A DNA stretch of 64,000 bases from Trichosphaerium sp. ATCC 40318. Taxonomy: Eukaryota; Protista; Tubulinea. Under the pieces are notes generated by a model that was given only the letters and a program-made list of their open reading frames with translations, was not told the origin of the DNA and searched no databases. This document shows positions 1 through 13,818 of this stretch, piece after piece. The position numbers were made by a program, and so were the translations under genes. Each line of letters starts with the position of its first letter. Positions within the stretch are counted from its first letter, which is position 1. Where the stretch lies: positions 248,001 through 312,000 of the forward strand of contig JALMLS010000516.1 in the NCBI GenBank assembly GCA_038496445.1. Reading direction: 5' to 3'.

Positions 1-452
1 CTCCTAGCGCAGCGTCAACAAGCAGCTATATAGAGTTAAAATCTATTCATGAGCTTAAAGCACTTCAAATTCTGTGTTCGCAAAAAGTTAGGACAACTCA
101 AAAGTTCCTTTTCGGAATTGGGTTGTCAAACGTGGACTTCTCACGTGACTATTGTCATTTGTAAATAGTTGATAGCACCTTCCGTGGTTGGGGTGCAAAA
201 GGTTCCTTGTGTACACACCCGACAAGGGTCGTAACAGTAAAAAGTTAGGATTCAACATTATTCATTAAATGAACATTTCACAAAAGCATACTGCAAACAC
301 TTTTTTTGGTTTATTGTCCTTTCAATGCCAATGTTTTCCGAAGTTCAACTGCACACTTACGCATTTGGAAGTACTGGCACAGCAGATTTTTACACATAAG
401 CCAAGTTAAGTTACTATGACGTCTACTGATAATCGCAGCTTGTAAAGCATCA

Positions 453-1361
453 ATGAGGCTAGATAACCGCGTAAAGATAGCATTATTGGGCGCTTTACTC
501 ATTTTTAGTTTAGTACGCATAAATAAAACCGTATTATACTGAAAATGCGTGTATGTTGTCTTCTTTCCACAAATCCGAGCGAATTATACATTTGAACCGC
601 TTCCAAACCATAAAACATTTAAAACCTTGAGCAGGTGGACACTAACATCCCCAACACTCTTTCTTACCTATTGAAACAGATATCTCACTTTTAACAGTCC
701 ACCTCGTGTTGCTATTGAACGACATGCAGTAAAGTTACCAAGTGGTGAAGTAGAACCAAATTGGCTCTGGGTACGCACTACTGAGCGAATAAAATGATAT
801 TGAAGGTCTTCTACATAGATTGTTACACCTCCTTACGTTAATGTCATGGCTGTTACGGAACAAGGAACAGTTTTAGTATTCAAACAAGAAAAATATGCAA
901 CAGGCACGTGATTATTTTTTTGTGTCATGGTTTAACCTCTTCTTACTTTGGATAAGATGGGGTTTCGTTGGCGGCCTGTGGAGGATATATTGATGAAGGA
1001 GAGACTCCATTAATGGCAGCTAAAAGAGAATTAATGGAAGAAACAGGGTACAAAGCCAAGGAATGGACCTTCCTTGGTACATATGCAAGTGATGCTAATC
1101 GTGGTACGCTAGCACTTTGTTGTTGAGTTCCTAAACACGACAGGATCTGGCACTGGTCATCTTTTCTTGGCTCAAGGCGCCTTCAAGGCAGACAAGAAAC
1201 TCGTACAAGCTGATGAAGAAAGTCAAGAATTGATGGAAATGACATTGAGCGAGCTTGAAGATGCCTTAGCTGAAAACGAGTTTAAAGTGACATCATGGTC
1301 GCTCACATATGCATTGGGTCAAGTACACATGAAGAGAAAGCAAAAACAAAGTAAAAAATAA
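453..1361 (+). CDS. Nudix hydrolase (ADP-ribose pyrophosphatase-like), multi-exon, possible N-terminal signal anchor
   Basis: Spliced translation gives the Nudix box GGYIDEGETPLMAAKRELMEETG (~980-1050). Needs GT-AG introns plus a GC-AG intron at 904-956. First exon MRLDNRVKIALLGALLIF is hydrophobic; the exon 1/2 junction is uncertain. Confidence 0.85.
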
Positions 1362-1607
1362 ACATCCTGTACGACCAAAGAGCTCGAGTAAGACTTGCCT
1401 TTCGATGACACGTGGAGATGTAACGAAGAGTCAAATATACAAATGTGACACCTTTGACGCCAGATTTGGTCGTCATAAAGTTTTTGACCGAGTTTGGGAG
1501 CACTAAAGCATAAAATGATAAGTTTAACATGCAATACGTAAAAATGTTTCATTTCGCTCAAGCACACTGCTGAGGGTGTTATTTACAAGTTGAGAGTGTT
1601 TTGCGGT

Positions 1608-1997
1608 CTAATGCATCTGTTGTGTTGCGCTTTGAAGCGCATTTAATCTTTCCATTATTTTAGCGAGAGTTTGGTTCACTTTGGCCATTCTCTTGCGTGC
1701 TGCTATAAGCTTGGCAACGTACGGCGCTAGAACAGGCACTTCAGAATACCCCATAAACTTTTCGAGTGCTAGTTACGTGTTAAACAGTATCATAATAGAG
1801 CAGTTTATCGTATTACCCGCAGATAACTGGTCAATCTGATCTGAAAGTTGTTGCTGGCTCATAAATACACCTTTAATACGATCATCGCATTCAGTGACCA
1901 CTGGTGTTAATAATTGCATTAGCCCATCGGCAAAAACTTCTTTGGTTGGTTTAGGGCCTTCTTCGCTCGCTTTTGAGTCGGTTGGAGCGTCAGACAT
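1608..1997 (-). CDS. Snapin / BLOC-1 subunit-like coiled-coil protein, 2 exons
   Basis: MSDAPTD...FADGLMQLLTPVVTECDDRIKGVFMSQQQLSDQIDQLSA / LEKF...LAPYVAKLIAARKRMAKVNQTLAKIMERL matches the Snapin/Pallidin pattern; one GT-AG intron. Confidence 0.75.
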
Positions 1998-2220
1998 TGT
2001 ATGTATCGTACCAGCGTTTCCAACTGTTAAATTCAAACTACGTCAAACGGAAATTTGAACTAGAATACACAGGGCGTTAACACGCAATAATAAACACCAA
2101 CTGGGCAAGTCTCGATCCTGTGGCGTACATTGCCACCTTTCCGTTTTGTTTTAGCTCAAACAACACGCACAAGAGATACGACAGCGCTACTTGACGTAAT
2201 TTAATAAAGCAAAACCGGAA

Positions 2221-5200
2221 ATGGAGTACCGTGATGGAAAAACCTCCCAAGGTACGCACTATCGATACTTGCACTTTTGGGGACCTACTATAGCGATTTT
2301 AAATTTTTTGAGCCATGCTTCCGTTTTCAGCCTTTCTTATGATCGTTCAACGCAATACATTTCTGACGCTAGCTCTATGCATCAACTCAATACGGCGTCG
2401 TTTGTTGTTAGGAGCTTTTGCTTTTTTTTTCAAAGTAACGTCAGTACAGCTATTAAAACCAATGTATAGGTAGTCCTGATAAGCCAGTACGCAAGAAATC
2501 TCAACAAAGTGAAACTTCTGGCAATACAAAGACGAAAAGGACGCAGAAAGGTTTCAATATTAAGCAAGGTAAGGCTACATTATGCTTTTTGGGCGAAAAC
2601 ATCGACAAAACAAAGTAGGAAAAAGCGTTATCAGTTTTTGTTCACCGTTTTACATTCCGCGCGTGCTACGTCAAGGCTAGCATACGCGTCTTAAATGTAA
2701 CCATCAAACGAAACAGTTTTTATTTACAAAAAACTTGTAGTTATCTCGTTGAAATCGCCTCGGTTCGGCAAGTCTAGCAAGAAGGATCCATTTCGGCCAA
2801 GGAAAAAGTCCAAAAAAGCTAAAACATCTAGAAAGACACGATCAGCCTCGTGGGTGTTTGGATCTGTTAGTAAGAAAAATGCACCATACACACATAGGGA
2901 TACAACGTCAAATGCACCAGGAAGACCAACGGGTGATCGTCAACGTCCAAGGACAAAGTCAACGAATTGGTCTGCTGGCACTAGCAACAATCGCTCGACT
3001 TTTGTTGATCCTATAGACCCTCAGAGTGATAGATATGATGAATTACGTTGTATGTTACAACGTGATGAGCTGCTGGGAATGCAATTTGCCCATGATGGAA
3101 GCAGTACGTAGGCCTTCATTAGGACTAACATTTTATTCCTTTTTATTTTTTTTTCTCCATTTTTGGAGGGAATTGGCACAAAGTTGTCTGGGCGATTTTT
3201 AGTCTGTATCGCCTTACTTTTTTGCGTGATTTCCTCTTTGTTAATTAAGGATAATTTTTAGTTAAAAATGGTAGCGGTAGCGAGAAGAGAAAAAAAGAAA
3301 AATCTCCACGTGCTGTAAGTCAGCCTGTTTATAAAATTGTACCAAGGATACAAAACATATCTCCTGCGCTTTCTGTGAATAGTACAAAGCAGTCTCCTAG
3401 CAGTACATTCACTTCAGGATCTATTAATGATCAATATGTCAGTGACGTTCGCACGTTCTCTGATTCTTCGTCTACATTTGAACAAACCCGGTCAACGTAT
3501 ACAACAGATGCAGATGGAGGCTTTGCAGATTACTATAATAGACCATTATCACCAATTACTACAGTTGATAGTAGTGATGATACATTTTCTGACTTTTCAG
3601 CTTCTATTGAAGAGCATCTCGGTGTCCATATCACAGTTGAGAGTCAAGGTACGTATATAGGTGTAAATCGTGTTTGCGTTAATTTTTTTTAAAGATGAAG
3701 GTTCAATAGGCCGTTCAGATCCAAAACCGTACAGTGTAGCAGCGTCTGTACCTAAAAAGTTTAAAGCAAAAATGCCTCGAACTGAGTGGGAGCCTTATAA
3801 TAGCAGCACGCACAGCGATATTGTTGTGCAAGGCAGTGAGTCTATTGGTAGTGATAGTCTCAGCGATAAAGTTGAAGGAACTACTTCTTCAGAGAGTATA
3901 AACAGTAGCCACGATGTACTCATGGAAACTGAACCAACTAACATTAAAAGTAGCGAAGTTGCCAATGATAATGATTCTGATTCGCGTACGTGGAACAAAC
4001 ACCAACACGAAGCAGTCCAACACAACTCACTGTTATTTTTCTAGAATTCGAGAAACCTGAAAGTGCAAGTGTTAGAGAGTTATTACAGTTTGCCAATAAC
4101 ATAGCTATGATAAGAAGAAATTCTGTACACTCTAAGGAAGAACAATTAAAGGTTCGAAGTAAAGAGAATCTATGTACGTCTAAAAAACATTCTCAAAAGT
4201 CTGACTTTTGTTTCTTTTTGCTAACATTGTCGACTTAGTTGCAGTGATTAAAAGAGAAGAAGGGTCATTCTCAAAACCTCATAAAGACCAACAACAAGAT
4301 AAATACACTGGTGGCATTTCTATTAAGCGTCATTCATTAAAAGTAGTTAAAGCTAGCTCTAGCGTTAGTAGAGTTCATATCAACAATGTTCTTGGAAGAA
4401 ATAACTCACAGAATCTACAAGCTGTTGTGTCATCAATAGCAGCAAAGGGAGGAAAAAATAATGCGACAAAACCTATTGTCAAACTAGATAAGATCCTTAT
4501 ACCAAGGATAAACTTTAACGCCGAAATGTCGACTGAAAGTTCATCAACGGAGAGCAGTAGCTCGGATTTAAATGACAGTGATATTGTTTCTGGTACTGCT
4601 TCATGGCATTCTACTTATAATGGTATTGGAGAAAAGTTAAATATTGGAAGCACATTTCAAAGTGCTTATGATCATAATATACCTAAATCACGTGTTATTG
4701 CTTCACAAAGTGCTATAACACTTCGTTGTAGTGATGAATCTTTTACATCATCTTTCTCTTCTACATCATCTTCTGATGATGCTATGAGTCTGGAGTATAT
4801 TGCTGGTAAGACTATTGCTTCTCTAAATGTAGCAAGGAAGCAAAAGAGAGGTATCTCCAATGATAAGTCAACGTTGCTTAGCGAAGAAGGTATGGCGGTG
4901 TTTTTTTTTCTTTTGTTTTTGATGTTCTTGTTAACAATGGTGTTCTTTTAGATGACTCTTCTCAATTTAGCAAGCCTAAACAAATGTTAATCACCCCTAC
5001 ATTAGATGTTATTCGAACTAAAGAGATACACGGTGGTACTTTCTCGTCAATTCAAAGTGGATCTGTATCACAACCTCTAAGTGAATCAACTATTTCATCT
5101 GACTATTCAACTGAAGATGAAGAGTTATCACTAGATGAGAGAGCACGTGCTCTTCAAAGTAGGCGCAGTATAGCTATGTCTTTAAAGATACAAAGAAAGT

Positions 5201-8200
5201 CACCAGGAAGTAAGAGAAGAATCGTATCACCAAATAATCAAAAAGGCAGAGGCTCTGTAAGTTCTTTCAATTCAGATACTGCATCTCGTAGTGTAATTGG
5301 CCAACCAAAAACGTTCAATATTAAACAACAACATCAAGAACAAGCTAATCATTATCAGTGTAAACCTACAGGTAGTGAAGTAACAGGAACGAAGGTGTCA
5401 AGAGTAAAAATGTCTCTTAAACCGAAAGAAAATAATAAGAAAAGAAAATGGGTTCATGGTATTGTATCAACAGTTTATGTTGAGGAGCCACCTGAGCGTG
5501 ATTTAACCTGGAACTTATCGTATGATCCCAGAAGATTTGCTAAATTGGATAATACCGGAGATAAAGAGCATATAAAGATTGCTCTTGGTATTGATAAAGC
5601 TGAAACTAAGAATGATGTTGAACAGGATTCAACTTCAACAAAAGAAGAAAAAAGTGAGATGAAGTATCCGCACACAACAAAGTCTCCAAGACCGTTGGGT
5701 AAACTTTTTTATAACACACAGAAACGACAAGGTAAGAACCATTCTCGAAACAAGAAAAATTCGTTGATTTTTTTTTACTTGTTTTTTTCTCTTCCTTTGT
5801 TGAGGTCTACGCTATTAGGAGTTTTTCTTCGTTTTCATAAATATATCTTCTAATACTCCATTGTCATTATTAGAATTTTCATGTCAGTAAAATCATTTTA
5901 TAGAGCCCTTAATTTAATTCCTCTTTTTTTTTTCCTTCATTGTTTATAATCGTTTTTTTTAGACAGTTTGAGTGTTCCTGAAAAACCTGACAATACAATG
6001 ATTTCAATAGACAGTATGTATTTTTATATAATAGTTTATTAGAGGCTTTGAACAGTAACCAAAAACAATAGGTGAAGGTGATAGGATTGATACTAAGCTT
6101 GAAGAGTATGATGATTTCACTGATTCTCAACCAACAAGTGGAAGGTTTCAATTAAGTCAAGTGAGCCTTCCTACTAGTATTGAAGGAACGTTTCAAATAG
6201 TTCCTACACTTAAAACACAACTATCACGAAGTAGTAAAAACTGTGATACTCCTGCTGCACCTACTGCAATGGAGGTTGAGATAAAGTCTGGATTGCCTTC
6301 TGAAAGAAGCTTAACACTAAGTTCTTATTCGGATAGCTTTGAACACCCTGATACTCCAAAAGAGGAGATTAAAAGTCAGAAAGATATTTCTTCTATAAGA
6401 GATAAACCTCTTGCTTTTGGGAAGTCTACAAGAGATAATAATATCTCACGAAGAATGAGTTTAGGGTGCGTTTTTCTGTTAAAAATAAGAAAAAGTTTGA
6501 GAAGATTATTTGCTTACGTTCTTGCTTAGTAGTGATATTGACAACTCTGATGGTGATGACAAGCGATACTCGGGGATTCAAAAGCGTGATAAAGGTATAT
6601 ATTTTTCTAGTTGAGTTTGTGGTGCAACGAGCACTCAATGGAAGATAAAAGCGTTAATTTTTTTTTTACTAGGATTATTACATGTTTGTATATCAAAAGC
6701 TAGAGGGCTTGTTGATGAAGATTTAAACGCATACTGTCTTGTAAAGTTTGGCCAGTATACTGTCAAGTCTTCTCCAGCATGTAGAGATTGGCAATTCTCA
6801 GTTCGTTTGCATGTGTTAGCTACATCTGATCCAAACGTTGAGGTACAGAATAATTTTTTTAAAAGTTTTGTTGACAATGTTTTGTAGATCCAAATATGGA
6901 GTACAGATACGGGATCAGATGATGTATTTATAGGCCAATATAAATTCAATATTGATGAGGTTATAAGTGATCGTAGAGAAGAGAATTGGTTTGCTCTTAG
7001 TGGTCCTGAAGGAGCCGAAGAAATAAGTGTTTATACAACTTTTGGTTGGCTTCCTAAAGAAGTAAGTTTTTGCCTTGTGATCATATGCATGGTTTAATAT
7101 ACTCTCTTAGGATCCAGAAATACGTAGTGGACTAACTCTGGCATCTTTACGGAACACATATGAACGCGAACTTGCGGAGATGGCATTGAATCTGAAAACG
7201 GATGATTTGAACTTGACTATTTATAACCGAGCTTCTGACGCAGAAGAAGAAAGTGATGTTTTCAATGAAATGTCGTCAAGTCCACCGCAGACAAGTGTAG
7301 AGAAACTTCAAGCCGGAATAAAACTTCTTTCCGTGAGTAGAACACCTTCAAGTCGGATATGGTATGCGAAGAAACAGATGTTTTTCTTTCTCATGATCAC
7401 GTGATTAATGCGTTTTTTTAGGAAGATGACGTCTCTTAATACTGATAATCAGATTAATGGAAATACAAAACAAATAAGTGTTTGTGGTGATTTCAAGTTA
7501 TTCGTACTTGACCACACTGTTGTGAAATTGAAGCATGACAACAAACTTCATAATGTTCGGTTTTTTTCTTCTTTTGCTTTTTTTGTCCCTCTGCTATGCA
7601 CTAAAAGGATGTGTTTTCTTATGTTTCCTGTTTAGATATTTAAAATACTTATAAAGAAGGATTCGTCATCTTGGTCAGTATACAGGAGATACTCTCAGTT
7701 TATAGAGCTACAAAAACAAGTGCGCATTTTGATCGATTATTGTTGTTGTAACCTTATTTCTTTAGTTGGTCAAGCGTTACAAGGGTATGTTTCCTTTAGC
7801 CAAGTTCAGTAAGCGTAGGATACATAACCTGAGTCCTCATAACGTTGATAAACGTCAACAGAAGCTTGAAAATTGGTATGTACCTCAGCGAATCTCCACG
7901 AACTCCTAGGTCCTAATTTCAGTTGTAGGTTAAGAAGTATTGTTAGTGTTGATGTAATTCTTAATGATCCGAATGTACAACACTTCTTTACACTCAACTG
8001 TGCCCAAGAACCAAAGTTAATAACTACAGAGCATGTTGGACATCTATACCGTATAATACCACGTAAGTACTTAAAGCCTGAAGTACGTAAGATATGGGTT
8101 GCTCTTAGAAATGGTGTTTTATTTAAATATAAAACAAAAAAAGAAAAACACCCGTACAGTATGACAGACTTGAAGAGAAGTACAATTCAACGTCTAGAAC

Positions 8201-8478
8201 AATCAGATAAGTCCGGATTATTACTAGGGCCAAAGTATAATACGCAAAGCGTATTCAGTATTGATATAAACGGTAAAAGTTATTATTATGCTGGATCTAA
8301 GCCAAGTACAATTGATAAGTGGCTTAAAGCTATTCAAAAGACTATGCCTCAAGTTAAAGGAAAGGTTCCTATGGATATATATGATGACTCAAGTGATGAT
8401 AAAGAAGATTCTTATAGTGATGATGGCTCTGGAGAATCACAATTCATAGGAAAAAGAAAAAGAGTCCTAATAGCATAA
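2221..8478 (+). CDS. Large protein: long Ser/Lys-rich disordered region followed by C2, PX and PH domains
   Basis: C2 (LLHVCISKARGLVDEDLNAYCLVKFG...IQIWSTDTGSDDVFIGQ, ~6670-7060), PX (IFKILIKKDSSSWSVYRRYSQFIELQKQ...ILNDPNVQHFF, ~7640-7990) and PH (VRKIWVALRNGVLFKYK...IDKWLKAIQK, ~8030-8340). Start codon and 5' exons are tentative. Confidence 0.7.
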
Positions 8479-8685
8479 AAAAAAAAAGGAAGACGAAGAA
8501 GTGACACTGTGCTTTTTTTTGATAATTATTATTATGCAAGTGTCCTTAAATTAGTTTTGTATTTTAAAATCATGTAAAACAGCGCTTTATGTACCATAAT
8601 TGCAGACAAAAAATAAAATCTGTGCAAAAATCAAAGTCCTTGTTCACAGGTTTTGTCGTCTCACTTGACATTCGCAACACAACAT

Positions 8686-11600
8686 ATGAGCCAATACCTC
8701 TCAGTCCTTTCTACCGAATCAGACCTCCCGTTGGCGAAATTTTGCTTTCTCGTACTGTACTTCTGTTCAAGTTTTCTAGCTGAACTAATTATTGAAAATA
8801 ATGAGATTTCTGTTGACAAAAAGGTAAATTACACAAAATACGATTTAACAGCGTTGAATTCGCAACAAGTTGCAAGTTGTAGTACCTTACGCGTGTTTAT
8901 ACAAAAGAAGGACAGATCAAATGTCGTTGAACCCGTGGAGAACGTCGGATATCAAAACCGCAGAAACAGAGTATTCAAACAAGTCTAAGATCGCAGATGG
9001 GTAAACAGCATTTAATTCTCATGAATTGGTTTAATTTGTTTGTAAAACGACTATTTTGCGCGATCATACGCTAGAACACCTTATGTACGCTGTATTTACG
9101 TTATTTACAGGGGTTTTGGTGTTGTTTATAAGGCAAACAGTAAAAGTATTGGCGGCGTAGTTGCTATCAAGGTTATACAGATCAAATCCAATATGGAGGC
9201 TAGTCTTAGAACCGAAATAGATTTTATGCAAAAAGTACAACACGCGACAATAGTACATTTTATAGATGCCTTTCAAGTTAGTGACTCTGATTTGTGGGTT
9301 GTAATGGAATTTATGGACAGAGGTACAAATTTAGACAGAAACCCTCTTTTTCGTCCTACAATTATCGTAACCCCAAAGCTTACGCTTACATGGCATGAAT
9401 GTACTCATAAAGTCTGTAGGTTGCTTAACCGACTATTTATTCCCGAAAGCTGGCGTCGTTATGGAGGAAATGCATATTGCCTACGTAGCTTCAAGGGTAC
9501 GTAATTGTCTAGCCTTCTTCATCAAATTCTTGTTTTTTTGTGCGATAAAACAACCACCAAAACCATCTCATTCTCTGTAGATGCTAACAGGATTGGCGTA
9601 CTTACATTCACAAGGGAAAATACATCGTGACATAAAGAGCGATAATGTGCGTAAAAATCGCCTAATATAGTCGTAGATGGTATCTAACGTTGTGGTAGAT
9701 ATTATTGAATAGTAAAGGAGACGTAAAATTGGGTATGTTATGAGTTATGATGCATTTGTATTTTTTAATTCAACTTTTTTTGAGAACTTGATACAAACAG
9801 TCTGTTTTCTCGTATGAGTACTTCTACAATGACCCTTTTGCCTTACCATTTCTTAAATAGCTGACTTTGGATTCTCTGCTCAGCTCACGCCTGAACAGAG
9901 CAAGCGTACAACAATCGTAGGAACACCTTTCTGGTACATAAATTTTTAATTGCGATTATGTCAATTGGTAAAAGTATTAATGCTTGGACTCTCTTAGGAT
10001 GGCTCCTGAGTTACTAGTCGGGTTGAAATATGACGAAAAGGTCGATGTATGGTCTCTTGGTATTACAGCATATGAAATGGCTGAGGGTATGTGCCGTTGA
10101 AACAAGTTTAAAAGTTTTTTAAAGTTTAATGTACAAGGCTTGTACGGATTGATTTCTGATTTATTTTAGGTCAACCACCTTTCTTTGATATTCCAGCGAT
10201 GCAAGCATTAGTTAAAATTGCAAGTGAAAAAGAAGCACCATCATTAAAGTACACACAACCACTTTTTTTGAGATTGCTAACATTTTTTGAAGAGAACCCG
10301 CTTGTTGGACAACGCAGTTTAAGGATTTCCTTTCTAAGACGTTGACAAAGAATGTAGAACATAGAGCGGATACAAAGAGTTTGTTGACAGTACGTAAAAA
10401 CTACGCTAGTTATCAAGAAAATAGTTATCTTTTTGTTCTTTCGTTTTTTTTTTTTGAAATTTATTTGTTAACACCTGTTTCTTTCAGCATCCCTTCTTAA
10501 ATTGCGCTTGTACTACGCCCCAGTGGCTTCAGTTTTTTGAAGAAGTTAGTGAAAAAATAGCGCAACAGGATTGTGTGATTCCAGAATCAATAATCACAAC
10601 TGAGACGCTTTATGGTACGTGTGTCGCAATGTGTCAAAAAAAAAAAAGCAGTACATTGGTAATAATTTGTAGGTAACGGATTTCATGGAAGGCCTTTATA
10701 TATTGGAGAGAATACATTTACTATATTCCCTCATGCTCCAGATAATACAGTTATTAAAGTTGAAGCTAATAGTTTGCATATTCGTATAAATGGCCCTAAG
10801 GAGAATCTTAACGTATTACACCCTTTTTAAAATTTTTTTTTTCTTTAATTAAGTTTTGTGGTAGGGTACACCTATAGCAAATGGAGATGGATCTTTTGAT
10901 GTAGTATGGAACCCTATATCATTGGGTATTCATGAGATTGAGATTTATAGCGATACATGCAGTCTCTATCCTCTTATTGTTACAGAAGTAACAGCCTTTG
11001 AAAATAGTCGCTTCACAATGACTAGTTTGGACGCTATACTAGATGGTATAGGTAGTGGTATATCAACTCCTCCTGCACCAGCTCCTACAAATGCTCCTAA
11101 TAGCGAACGATCTTTCAACCGTACAATGACGTTTTCAGAGCTAGGTACGATGCAGTGAGGGCAGTTCTTGTTAGAAATAACAGTTTAATAGAAAACGAAG
11201 TTGCTGATCCAAGATTTCAACCTCCAAAACCTGAAGGTCAAGGCCAACATCCACAACCTCCACCTGCCCCGTCACCAACAGTTGCTACTCCAGTTTCTTC
11301 GAAAGCGCCACCGCAAATTCAAACATCAGCAGCTCCAGAGATGGTATGAAAAACTTATGATATTTTGTGTTAACTTTTTTTTGTTTTTAGTTGTTTAATA
11401 ACTTGGACGATATAATGTCCAATTTTGGAAGCAACCAACCGCCTTCCGGTAATGGAACTAAGCCTCCACCTACCGTAGGAACAAAACCTGCACCTTCATT
11501 TTCAGGACAGACAAAGCCTCCTCCATCTATCAACGTTGGACAGGTAAACCACACCAGTTCACCACCTCCACAAGTATCAGAAGCATCTTCACAGAGTATG

Positions 11601-12860
11601 TTCAGGTGATTAAATGTCTTTGCTGACTTTCATTCTCTTAGAAGCTGATGCAAGTTATGGTGAGACTAGACAACAAAAAGAAACACGTGAGAGAGAACAA
11701 GCATTGAGGGAATATAATCAAAGATTACTACGTGAAGTAGAACAACAAAAGAAAGAGCTAGAGAAAAAAGATTTAGAACTTATAGCTGAAAGAGAGCGTC
11801 AGCAGCTCATTGAACAAAAGAAACGAGAAGAAAAAAGGTAGGCGCCCTAATTAACCCATAGTATACACAAACAGTCTTTACCTAACACTCTAACTAGGCG
11901 TGAACTATTTAATGTAGCAAAGAGTAAAGTAGGCTCTCATTTTCTAAAAAAACAAGATCAAAAAAGAATGCAAAAAGAGGAAGAAGAACGAAGGAAACAA
12001 GAAGCAGAAAGGAGAAAACAAGAAGCAGAAAGAAGAAAACAAGAAGCTGCTAGACGCCAAGAGGCACAAAGGGCTTCTATGAGAGTACCACAGCAACAAT
12101 ACCAACAACCAGCGTGCGTGTATCTTACCAAAAGAAAACTGACACGCTTTTGTTATTTGGTTTTACTTTAGTTTTGACGTTTTGTTAAGCTCTCCTCATG
12201 GCCATACACCACAATATAACTCCAACACTTCTTATAACAATCAAGCGCACTATAGTGCGCCTGTGCGACAAACAAGCGTTCCACCACCAAACTACAATAG
12301 CAATTCTACAGCACCTGCTATTCCGCGTTCACCAAGTTATAACAATTCAGTTTACCCTAATAGTAAGAATCATTTCTTTTCTTTATGCTTTCGTATTCCA
12401 TTCTAACGTATCGTTCTAGGTTATGGCTCACAAGCAAACTACAATACAGCTCCTGTACCAGGACCAGTTCCAGGACCAACAACGAATTATCAATCTCAGC
12501 CTCAACAAGGAGTACAACGACACTCTAGTGTCATTCCTGGACCTGCAGTACCCCGAGCACATAGTACTGTTCCTCAGCCTTTTGGACAACAGCGCTCTGG
12601 TAAGTAGCTTTTTACAAAGCAGACAGTGTGTTTCTAGTTCTAACTACTTTTTAGCTGTGCCATTACCGTATAATACTAATCGTGGTGTTATGCCTGGAGT
12701 GTCTTATCAACATCCTCAAGGTCGTGGTATTGTTCCTGGACAGCATAATCCTGTTCCACAGCATCAAGGACAGTATCAACAGCCTGGTTATCGTCCTCCT
12801 GTTAATCAACAGCAACAACCTTATGGGTATCAATATAACCAAGGACCACCAAGATATTAG
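8686..12860 (+). CDS. STE20/PAK-like Ser/Thr kinase with a filamin-like Ig repeat, Pro-rich region, charged helix and Gln/Pro-rich tail
   Basis: Spliced motifs [75 protein letters not shown]. Ig-like repeat [22 protein letters not shown] at ~10880-10950. Confidence 0.9.
11986..12048 (+). repeat. 3x 21-nt coding tandem repeat (ERRKQEA)
   Basis: GAACGAAGGAAACAAGAAGCA / GAAAGGAGAAAACAAGAAGCA / GAAAGAAGAAAACAAGAAGCT inside the kinase gene. Confidence 0.85.
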
Positions 12861-13818
12861 GAAGAAAAAAGATCCTAAAAGAAAAACCCAACTCGTTCAA
12901 ACTTACATTGCTGTACCATTTCTACCTAACACTATTTGTTGGGGAGTTGAATTACGTGTACACTTTAAATATAAATTATTGTACATACACCTGACTGGAC
13001 TTCAACAAGCGCTGGACCACAGATATAACTGAACCCCAAAAAAAAAAAGAGATGAAAAACAAAGGTCGTTCCGAACACGCTGGGGCGCAATAGCTAAGTA
13101 CACCGCCAGTATTTATACGCTGTTAAATTTCGTAGATACTCCGAACACGGAGAATCTGTAACGCCCTGTATACTTCACAAACGTCACGTGACGGATCAAT
13201 AGTTCATCCGGGAAACTAAAATTGTCTATTTATCTACCTGTTGAGTATATCTACAAGGTGCTAAGTGTTTCACATGGCTTCACAATTGTTTTACCGTTTC
13301 TCTTATTTAACGCGGTTATAAAAGCAACAACAAGTGTCGTCTCAAAAATTTGGGAGATTCAAGCAATAAAACTCGGAAATGTCCAAGACACTGTGAGCAC
13401 TTGGATTTGCAGGAACCGAACGTGATCATGAGACATATTTAAGCCGTTAGAGCGTGTTTACCATAATTGTGAACGAAAGATAAGCATACATAAATAGAAC
13501 TGCTTTGGTTGTTTTTGAAGAGTATGTAAGCGCTTAGAGAGGTATTTAGAATACGCGTGATGCTCCTCAAAACATAGGAGGCTTCACTTAAAATCTAAAC
13601 AGCTTAACACCAAAAAGGCCTCAACGCGGATGAAACGCCCCTACGCTTATCATAAGATATACTCTACACATTAGCGTAACGATTAAGAAGTGATATAACC
13701 CATGACGGAGCTTCTCAACTGGTCTTCAATGGCATTTTGCCTTAAACGCTTAAACAACCCTAAATGCACTTCAGACGCGAAAAGAATGAGGCTTTCGCTT
13801 TGTTGTAGTGTTTCATCA

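Noticed and set aside
8400-8700. Single gene joining the C2-PX-PH protein and the PAK kinase
   Set aside because: Stop at 8478 with no suitable donor before it, and a separate ATG at 8686; kept as two genes.
13069-13150. TCCGAACACG direct repeat in intergenic DNA
   Set aside because: Two 10-bp copies without element hallmarks; may be chance.
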